Source of the DNA: a virus
Reading direction: 5' to 3' (one strand)
Length of the DNA stretch: 64,000 nucleotides
Virus record (IMG/VR): IMGVR_UViG_3300045049_000286
Span: 32,001-96,000 of that record
The notes beneath the pieces were generated by a model. It worked only from the letters and a program-made list of their open reading frames with translations. It did no database searches and was not told where the DNA came from. The translations under genes and the position numbers were made by a program. The first letter of the stretch is position 1. Every line of letters begins with the position of its first letter. Shown here in pieces: positions 56,850 through 64,000 of this stretch.

Positions 56850-59495
56850 GTGACTGGTTTTCCCGCTGGTGTTTCTGTCACCACGCTGACAGGCACCTAT
56901 CTGGACCCAGAGGGTAACCCGCTCGCGGGAACGATCACTTTCTCGCCGCCATCGGCGCTCACCCTCAAGGGCGCGTCGATGTTCTCGATGCTGCCGGCGA
57001 CGGCGACTCTGGATGTGAATGGGCGGTTCTCGGTCCAGCTCATCGCGACCGACAACGCGAACATGTCCCCGAGCGGGTGGACCTACCAGGTCACCGAGAC
57101 GATCTCGGCCGCTGGTGCGCAGACGGCGGTGACGGGGCCGACCGTGACGGCGCCGATGCGGCAGTACTACATCTTCCTGCCGTACTCGGCGACGCCGGTG
57201 GATCTGTCGTCGCTGGCTCCGGTGCAGCCGTACTCGGGCGTGTACCTGCCTGCGCCCACCGGTGTGGCGAGCGGGGATCTGTCGGGGAACTTCCCGGGGC
57301 CGACGGTCGCGAAGATCCAGGGCGTTTCGGTGTCGGGGACGCCGGCTGCTGGGCAGGTGCTGACGGCGACGTCGCCGACGGCTGCGACGTGGCAGGCCGG
57401 CGGGGGTGGCAGCGGTACGCCGACGGGGCCGGCGAGCGGGGACCTGTCGGGCGTGTACCCGGGCCCGAGCGTGGCGAAGGTCAACGGTGTTGCTGTGGCT
57501 GGCTCGCCGGCAGCGGGTCAGGTGCTGACGGCCAGTTCGGGGACGGCCGCGACGTGGGTGACGCCGCCGGGCGCGTTGCCGCCGACTGGCACCGCCGGCG
57601 GTGACCTCGGCGGGTCCTACCCGAACCCGAGCGTGGGCAAGGTCAACGGCGTGTCCATCACGGGGACTCCGTCCGCCGGGCAGGTTCCGGTGGCGACCTC
57701 GGCCATCGCGGCAGCGTGGGGGCCGGCGCCTGGCGGTGCGCCGACCGGCGCGGCAAGCGGTGACCTGTCGGGGACCTACCCCGGGCCGACGGTCGCGAAG
57801 ATCAACGGGGTGTCGGTCAGCGGGACGCCGGCGGCAGGCAACGCGATCATGGCGTCGTCCGCGACGGCGTCGGCGTGGGCTGGGGCGGCCGGCATCGGCG
57901 AGTGGATCTTCAATGTCCGCTCGTACGGGGCGGTCGGCGACGGCGTGATGGTCTCCGACGGCGCGATCACCGCCGGCACCACCGCGCTGGCGTGCACGAC
58001 GTCGCTGCCGTTCGTGTCCACCGACGTCGGCAAGGCCATCATGATCAAGGGTGCGGGCGGGACCGGCATCACCACCCACGTCGCCACCATCACCGGCTTC
58101 ACCGACAGCGGCCATGTCTCCATCTCCGCCCCGGCCGTGACCACCATCACTGGCGCGCTGGTGTTCTTCGGCACGGACGACACGCCGCACTTCATCAACG
58201 CGGTCAACACCGCAACCGCCTTCGGCCAGGCGCACGGCGCGGCGAAGGTGTTCATCCCGGCGCCCAGCAAGCAGTTCTACTGCATCGCCGGTGCCCTGCA
58301 GACAGGCGGCACCACCAAGGGCAACGCCCAGATCCCGCTGCCCATCATCGCGGACACGGCGAGCAAGGTCACGCTCACGTTCGAGGGCGTCGCCAACGGC
58401 TCGGGTGTGCAGTTCTGGCAGCAGACCGGGCCGACGTTCTCCGGCTCGACGCTGGTCTCTTTCGGAGTGTGGACGGCCGCGTCGGCGCAGACCAACTCGA
58501 TCAACACCAACGGCAACCCGTGCGTGATCGGAGGCCCGACCCAGCCGAACGGGTACGGCACCTCGGCGACGGTGTACTCGAACATGATCGTCACGCTCAA
58601 GGACATGTCGATCCTGAACGCCTACTCCAGCCAGGGGCTCTCCTACGGTGCGGCTGACTTCTCCGGCGTGGCGAACGCGAACCTGATCGACTTCGCCTAC
58701 GGCACCTGCGGTTCGGTCGCGGCGAACGACTACGTGGCCACGAGCGGGTTCGCCGCGAACGAGGTCATCGGTGTCCTGATGCCGGCGAACGGCAACAACG
58801 ACAACTGCGCAATCCGCAACGTCACCTGCCACGGGGGCTACACCTGGGGTATCTACGCGACCGAGCACACCGTCATCGACTCGATGCGCATCCTGTACTG
58901 CTGGTCCGGGTTCTGCCCCGTCGGGCAGTACTACCAGTCCGCCGGGTCGACCCATGGCATCTATGCGGCGAACCTCTCCGTCGAGGCGTGCAACAACGTC
59001 ATCTACGTCGTCGGCATCGGCTCGTCCGGCATCGGCCCGTTCCTGGAGATCGTGCAGCTCGACACCGAGGGCGGCGCGCCGACCTTCACGGACAACAGCA
59101 GCGGCTCCGGGCTCGCGGCGCTTCGCGGGCACGTGCAGATGACGGGCTTGTTCACGGCGTCCAGCGTCGTGGTGTCGCACCCGACCGGACTCAAGATCAC
59201 CAACGGGCAGGTTCCGCGCGCGATCTCCACGGTCACGGCCAACTACACCGTGACCGTGCTCGACGAGACGATCCTGGTCAACGCCGCGTCAGGCGCGGTC
59301 GCCGTGACGCTGATCTCGGCGGCGAACACCCCGAACCGCTACCTCGTGAAGAAGATCGACAGCTCCGCGAACAACGTCACCGTCACCGCCGCCGGCACCG
59401 ACACGATCGACGGCGCGGCCACGAAGGTCCTGTCCACGCAGTGGCAGTCGGTGGACCTCGTCTCGGACGGGGCGTCCCACTGGTACTCGGTCTGA
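56850..59495 (+). CDS. tail fibre/spike with repeat stalk and beta-helix-like domain
   Basis: Four GDL.G.YP.P.V.K.NG repeats, [13 protein letters not shown]-terminal [12 protein letters not shown]...TIDGA module. Confidence 0.75.
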   Translation: MTGFPAGVSVTTLTGTYLDPEGNPLAGTITFSPPSALTLKGASMFSMLPATATLDVNGRFSVQLIATDNANMSPSGWTYQVTETISAAGAQTAVTGPTVTAPMRQYYIFLPYSATPVDLSSLAPVQPYSGVYLPAPTGVASGDLSGNFPGPTVAKIQGVSVSGTPAAGQVLTATSPTAATWQAGGGGSGTPTGPASGDLSGVYPGPSVAKVNGVAVAGSPAAGQVLTASSGTAATWVTPPGALPPTGTAGGDLGGSYPNPSVGKVNGVSITGTPSAGQVPVATSAIAAAWGPAPGGAPTGAASGDLSGTYPGPTVAKINGVSVSGTPAAGNAIMASSATASAWAGAAGIGEWIFNVRSYGAVGDGVMVSDGAITAGTTALACTTSLPFVSTDVGKAIMIKGAGGTGITTHVATITGFTDSGHVSISAPAVTTITGALVFFGTDDTPHFINAVNTATAFGQAHGAAKVFIPAPSKQFYCIAGALQTGGTTKGNAQIPLPIIADTASKVTLTFEGVANGSGVQFWQQTGPTFSGSTLVSFGVWTAASAQTNSINTNGNPCVIGGPTQPNGYGTSATVYSNMIVTLKDMSILNAYSSQGLSYGAADFSGVANANLIDFAYGTCGSVAANDYVATSGFAANEVIGVLMPANGNNDNCAIRNVTCHGGYTWGIYATEHTVIDSMRILYCWSGFCPVGQYYQSAGSTHGIYAANLSVEACNNVIYVVGIGSSGIGPFLEIVQLDTEGGAPTFTDNSSGSGLAALRGHVQMTGLFTASSVVVSHPTGLKITNGQVPRAISTVTANYTVTVLDETILVNAASGAVAVTLISAANTPNRYLVKKIDSSANNVTVTAAGTDTIDGAATKVLSTQWQSVDLVSDGASHWYSV
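57250..57890 (+). repeat. four ~54-aa tandem repeats in the fibre gene
   Basis: [30 protein letters not shown] at about 160-165 nt period. Confidence 0.8.
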
Positions 59496-59571
59496 TCCAT
59501 TACTCGGGCGATTTTCGCGGCCCCCACATTGGGGGCTGCGAACAACAACTGCCTATACCGGAGTATCGCCC

Positions 59572-60510
59572 ATGCCTTTCCTCGCGAATGAGGACCAGGC
59601 CCTCAAGCAGAAGCTGAGCGGCCTGTTTGTGCATGATGCCACCTCCGGTACACAGCAGGGCCGCCCGGTTGTGGTGCGGTTCAAGAATCCCGAGTACGAG
59701 CTGTCCCAGTCGCAGTATCCGCTGATCATGCTCTCGCACACGAGCATCTCGAAGGCGGACGAACGCGAGTCGCGCGGATATGTGCGCATCGGATACGCGC
59801 CCGAGGGCTATGCGGGCTGGGCGGACATGACCGACCCGGGCCAGTCTCCCTATTTCTCGCAGACGCCGATCCCGGTGAACGTCGACTACCGGATCGACGT
59901 CTTCGCGCGCAAGCAGACGCACCTGATCGACCTGACCGCGCAGTTGATGAGCTTCGCGTTCCTCCCGGATCGGCTCGGTTTCCTGGTCATCCCGCAGGAC
60001 GGCACCACGCGGCGCCTGGACGTCCTCGGCGGGCCGGAATACATCGAGTCCAAGGACGAACTGGGCAAGCGCCTTTTCACCGCCGTGTGGTCGATCCGCA
60101 TCAGCTCCGAAATCTTCCTGGCCACCATCGACCAGCTCACGCCGGCGCAGAAGACGATCATCAACCTGGTCGACCTGGAGCAGTTCCAGGACGGATACCT
60201 CACCCCGCTCGATCCCCCGCTGACCGTCACCCGGCCCAAGCTCGTGCCGGCCACGACGACGCTGCCGGCCGGTCACGTCGGGGTGCCCTACCAGCAGTCG
60301 CTCAGCGCCACCGGCGGCATCGCGCCGTACCAGTGGGTGCTTCAAAACGGCGCGCTACCAGCGGGGCTGTACCTCGCCCCGGAGGGCGTGATCTTCGGAA
60401 CCCCCACCGTGCCCACAACCGCGCAGACGTTCACGGTCGCCTGCACCGACTCGGCCGTCTACGGGCCGCAGACGGCTCCGCAGCTACTCACGCTCACGAT
60501 CGGGAGCTGA
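59572..60510 (+). CDS. tail completion/terminator-like protein with C-terminal Ig-like (He_PIG-type) domain
   Basis: Precedes sheath; LPAG.VG.PY...L.ATGG..PY.W...GALPAGL.L...G.I.GTPT. Confidence 0.7.
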   Translation: MPFLANEDQALKQKLSGLFVHDATSGTQQGRPVVVRFKNPEYELSQSQYPLIMLSHTSISKADERESRGYVRIGYAPEGYAGWADMTDPGQSPYFSQTPIPVNVDYRIDVFARKQTHLIDLTAQLMSFAFLPDRLGFLVIPQDGTTRRLDVLGGPEYIESKDELGKRLFTAVWSIRISSEIFLATIDQLTPAQKTIINLVDLEQFQDGYLTPLDPPLTVTRPKLVPATTTLPAGHVGVPYQQSLSATGGIAPYQWVLQNGALPAGLYLAPEGVIFGTPTVPTTAQTFTVACTDSAVYGPQTAPQLLTLTIGS

Positions 60511-60513
60511 CCT

Positions 60514-62517
60514 ATGACCACACCCGTCTACCCGTACAAGCGGCCCGGCGTCTACGTGTCGGAGACGCTGCTGCCGCTTCCCACGCCGGCCGTCGCCCCC
60601 GGGACAGCGGTCGCGGCATTCGTGGGCACCCACAACGCCGGCCCCACCACGCCGACGCTGATCTCGTCCTGGGCTCAGTTCCTGTCGCTGTATGGCGGGT
60701 TCGGCTCCGGCATCGACGTGCTCCCGTTCAGCGTCTACGAGTACTTCGCGAACGGCGGCAACCGGGCCTACATACTGCGGGCGGTCGCCTCGGACGCGGC
60801 GGCGGCTTCCGTCACGCTGAACAACGTCCCGATCCCGCCGGCGAGCACCCAGACGCCGACGCCTCCCGGAACGGCGCCTACGGGCTCGGGTACCGCGCCG
60901 TCGAACCCGGTCGCCGGCGTGACGCTGACGTCCGTCACCTCGCCGGTGATCAACCCCGAGCAGACCGCGCTCGGGGTGACGTTCCAGTCGCTGACCGGCA
61001 CGGGCAACGCGATCGACGCCTACCTGGTGACCTGCACGCCCCCGGCGGGTTCGGGTCTGACGACGCAGCAGGTGTGGTTCCCGCAGCCGGGCACCCAGGG
61101 CGCCTGCAACATCGTCTTCGGCGGCCTGCAGCCCGGGACGACGTACACCATCCAGGTCGTGCCCTACAAGGGCACCAGCGCCGGGCCGGGCATCGCGAGC
61201 CCGCCGACGTTCTCCACCCTGGCTCCCTACACGGCGGTGCCCGCGCTCAAGATCACTGCGCTGGGGCTCGGGGCTTACGGCAACAACATCTACATCGACA
61301 CCGCCGCGTCGTGGACGAGCGGCCGGTTCCACCTGTTCGTGAAGGTCGGCAGCGACGCTGCGGCGAGCCTGGTGGAGACCTGGCAGGACGTCTCGCTGAA
61401 CCCCACCGACCCGCGCTACGTGGTGTCGATGCTGAACGCCCCGCAGGGCGGGTCTGCGTACATCCAGGTGCAGAACATGCTGCCGCCGGCGTCCCCGCAG
61501 CCCGGCACCGGGCAGACCCCGGACGGCTCCTGGTTCCCCGTGCTCGGCAACGGGTTCCGGCTCGCGAGCGGCTCCGACGGCGTGCAGGCGGTGAACCTGT
61601 CGACGTCGCTGACCAACCAGTTCGCCTCCATCGCGGACGTGCTGCTGCTGAACCTGTGCGGTCAGTTCACCGCGAACTCCGGCATCCCCGCGCAGACGGT
61701 CATCAACGCGGCCCTGTCGTGGGTGATCAACCGGGGCCGGGCGTTCATGGTGCTGGACGCGCCGCAGGTGCCGGCGCCGGCGGACTCCACCGCCGCGACG
61801 TCCGCGTACCTGTCCCTGCTGCCGTCCGCGACGCCACCCGGCTCCTACCAGCCCACGACCTCGTACGCGGCGATGTACGGGCCGTGGCTGCAGTGCTCGG
61901 ACCCCGCCGGCGCCTCGGTGCAGGCCACCCGGATGCTGCCGCCGGCTGGCGCGGTGATGGGCCAGTTCGCGCAGGCCGACGCGAAGGTGGGCCCCAACCA
62001 GGCCCCAGCCGGTGTCGGTTACCCCCTGATCGGCGTCGTCGGGGTGGAGCACCAGTTCACCAACGACCAGCTCGACAGCCTCAACATCGCCGGCATGGAC
62101 GTCATCCGGCCGGTCCCGGCGTCGGGGTTCTGCATTATGGGCGTGCGCACCCTCAAGGCCGGAATGCCGGACCGGTACATCCCGATCCGCCGCATGCTGA
62201 CCTACCTGGAGGACCTGCTCACCAAGGCCACCCAGTTCGCGCTTTTCGCGCCGAACGGGCCGCAGCTTTGGCAGACCATCACGGCGGTGTGCCAGCAGCA
62301 GCTCAACGTGGCGATGATGTCCGGACAGCTCGCCGGCAGCACGCCCGACCAGGCGTTCTTCGTGATCTGCGACGACACGAACAACACGCCGGCCTCCGTC
62401 GCCAACGGGGAGATCCACATCAGCGTCGGCGCCGCGCTGGAGACGCCCGGCGAATTCATCGTCCTGCAGATCTCGCAGTACCAGGGCGGCATCTCCACCA
62501 CGACCACGAGCCTGTAA
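60514..62517 (+). CDS. tail sheath protein with FN3-like insertion
   Basis: YKRPGVYVSE, YF.NGG..AY, YGPW, APAG, RYIPIRR, AFFV.CD..NN, PGEFI. Confidence 0.93.
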   Translation: MTTPVYPYKRPGVYVSETLLPLPTPAVAPGTAVAAFVGTHNAGPTTPTLISSWAQFLSLYGGFGSGIDVLPFSVYEYFANGGNRAYILRAVASDAAAASVTLNNVPIPPASTQTPTPPGTAPTGSGTAPSNPVAGVTLTSVTSPVINPEQTALGVTFQSLTGTGNAIDAYLVTCTPPAGSGLTTQQVWFPQPGTQGACNIVFGGLQPGTTYTIQVVPYKGTSAGPGIASPPTFSTLAPYTAVPALKITALGLGAYGNNIYIDTAASWTSGRFHLFVKVGSDAAASLVETWQDVSLNPTDPRYVVSMLNAPQGGSAYIQVQNMLPPASPQPGTGQTPDGSWFPVLGNGFRLASGSDGVQAVNLSTSLTNQFASIADVLLLNLCGQFTANSGIPAQTVINAALSWVINRGRAFMVLDAPQVPAPADSTAATSAYLSLLPSATPPGSYQPTTSYAAMYGPWLQCSDPAGASVQATRMLPPAGAVMGQFAQADAKVGPNQAPAGVGYPLIGVVGVEHQFTNDQLDSLNIAGMDVIRPVPASGFCIMGVRTLKAGMPDRYIPIRRMLTYLEDLLTKATQFALFAPNGPQLWQTITAVCQQQLNVAMMSGQLAGSTPDQAFFVICDDTNNTPASVANGEIHISVGAALETPGEFIVLQISQYQGGISTTTTSL

Positions 62518-62533
62518 GGGCAGGTGAATTCAG

Positions 62534-63121
62534 ATGGCCACGGCGACAACCACCCAGCAGTCCAGCTCTTTCGCGCACATCCAGACCGACCCGCTTCGGA
62601 CGTTCAAGTTCCAGGTGCTCATCCACCACGGCAACCTGGACTCCTCCAAGCGCGTCCCGCAGATGGGCTTCATGTCCGTGTCCGGCCTGTCGATGACCAC
62701 GGACGTCGTGGTCTACCGCCAGGGCGGGATGAACACGACTACCCAGAAGATGCCCGGTCAGAGCGACTACGCCCCACTCACGCTCTCGCGCGGACTGATA
62801 TGCGGCGACGCGGACCTGTTCGCGTGGACGCAGCAGATGTTCGCGGTCGTGCAGGGCACCGGGTCGCAGTCCGGCGCGAGCGAGTTCCGCTCCACGATCG
62901 ACATCTTCCTGCTCGACCACCCGGTCAACACCCGCACCGTCACCTACAAGGCGGGCTGGCGCGTCTACAACGCCTGGCCCACGTCCGTGGCCTTCGGCGA
63001 CCTCGACGCGGGAAGCAACGGCGTCGAACTGCAGCAGATCACCTTCGCCCACGAGGGCTGGGACTTCAAGATCGCGAACACCTACGGGCCCAACGGCAAG
63101 ATCAGCCCCTTCGCCGCGTAA
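62534..63121 (+). CDS. tail tube protein (T4 gp19-like)
   Basis: DPLR.FKF.V, GF.SVSGL, YR.GG, LTLSRG, NAWP, HEG. Confidence 0.92.
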   Translation: MATATTTQQSSSFAHIQTDPLRTFKFQVLIHHGNLDSSKRVPQMGFMSVSGLSMTTDVVVYRQGGMNTTTQKMPGQSDYAPLTLSRGLICGDADLFAWTQQMFAVVQGTGSQSGASEFRSTIDIFLLDHPVNTRTVTYKAGWRVYNAWPTSVAFGDLDAGSNGVELQQITFAHEGWDFKIANTYGPNGKISPFAA

Positions 63122-63142
63122 CCACACGGAAGAGACTCGGAA

Positions 63143-64000
63143 ATGGAACAGGTACCGGACTTCACCACATTCGGAGATCAGACCTTCTCGGCCGCCTCCT
63201 CACCGCAGGAGGCGGTCGCCGCCAGCCAGGCATTCCTCAAGGAGGACCGCGCCTCCGGAATGCCCACCATGCAGGCCGCCCCAGACGTCTTCGTCACCCT
63301 CCACCACGGCATCAAGAACCCCACCTCACTGGAGTTCCTGCGCGACGCCGAGGTCCGCGAACTGAACGGACAGGACGAGGAAGCCATCGCGCGCTGCAAC
63401 GGCAACCTCGCCCGCGTCATGGACACCATCGTCGTGCGCGGCACCCGCCGCATCGGCTCCCAGTTCATGACCCGCGAACTGGCCGACCAGCTCCTGATCG
63501 GGGATCGCGAACAGCTCCTGCTCGCGATCCGCGAGGCCACCTTCGGCCCCACCGTGGAATTCGAGAAGCTCCCCTGCCCGCACTGCGGCGACAAGGTCGA
63601 CCTGTCCTACGCCCTGTCCGACGTGCCCGTGGTGAAGCTCAAGGACCCCGACCAGGTCGAGTACAGGGTCGACCTGCGCCAGGGCGCCGTAGCCGTGGTG
63701 CGCCTGCCCAACGGCGCGGACCAGATGAAGATCCTTTCCCACGCCGACGAACCCGACGCCGTGCAAAACACCCGGATGCTCTCCCAGTGCCTGCTGCGCG
63801 TGGAATACCCCGACGGCGACACCGTCCCCGGCTCCCCCAAGCTCGCGCTGGAGCTGTCCATGGCCGACCGGCGTACCCTGCTCGACTTCCTGATGGCCAC
63901 CCAGCCCGGCCCCCGCTTCAACCAGGCTGCTTTCGTGCACGACGGGTGCGGACAGGAGGTCCGCCTGCCACTCAACCTGGCGATCCTGTTTCGCGGACTG
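63143..64000 (+). CDS. baseplate hub/tail assembly chaperone-like protein; runs to window edge
   Basis: VRELNG.DEE, L.IGDR..LL..IR..TFG, CPHCG, RLPNG.DQ, QPGP. Confidence 0.75.
   Translation, partial: MEQVPDFTTFGDQTFSAASSPQEAVAASQAFLKEDRASGMPTMQAAPDVFVTLHHGIKNPTSLEFLRDAEVRELNGQDEEAIARCNGNLARVMDTIVVRGTRRIGSQFMTRELADQLLIGDREQLLLAIREATFGPTVEFEKLPCPHCGDKVDLSYALSDVPVVKLKDPDQVEYRVDLRQGAVAVVRLPNGADQMKILSHADEPDAVQNTRMLSQCLLRVEYPDGDTVPGSPKLALELSMADRRTLLDFLMATQPGPRFNQAAFVHDGCGQEVRLPLNLAILFRGL

Noticed and set aside
57250-57890. Regularly spaced repeats as a CRISPR array or DGR
   Set aside because: In-frame, synonymously diverged protein repeats; no cas or reverse transcriptase genes.
55707-59180. 1157-aa minus-strand ORF and similar long antisense ORFs (e.g. 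35733-37898, 60484-62418)
   Set aside because: Shadow frames of high-GC sense genes; Arg/Gly-rich with no motifs.

Overview
High-GC (roughly 68-70% by eye) segment of a large temperate actinobacteriophage with a contractile tail. The host is probably a filamentous actinomycete (Xre-DUF397 locus, Lsr2, near-absence of TTA codons). No host genes are recognisable, and a symmetric attP-like site lies beside the serine integrase, so this looks like the non-integrated genome. Layout: TGT/DpdA-like gene (partial); large serine integrase with attP candidate; two Lsr2-like genes; a ~19 kb minus-strand run of about 45 small early-type genes; a ~1.8 kb motif-rich non-coding divergence point; plus-strand accessory genes (DUF397-like + JmjC oxygenase, RNAP alpha-CTD-like, HNH); an Xre/DUF397/HATPase triad; NUDIX, KTSC and a tyrosine recombinase; then the morphogenesis module from terminase to tail tube. 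The most striking feature is that head assembly appears gated post-transcriptionally twice. The portal gene is broken by two short coding gaps (8 nt and 7 nt), each starting at an in-frame TTA (bldA-dependent) codon, consistent with translational bypassing. The major capsid gene is split by a 284-nt ORF-less group I intron. Also notable: GCATATGC-type sites paired at 21-bp spacing at four loci, and two intergenic acceptor+T-arm tRNA-like elements. All family assignments come from motif recognition by eye; no searches were run.
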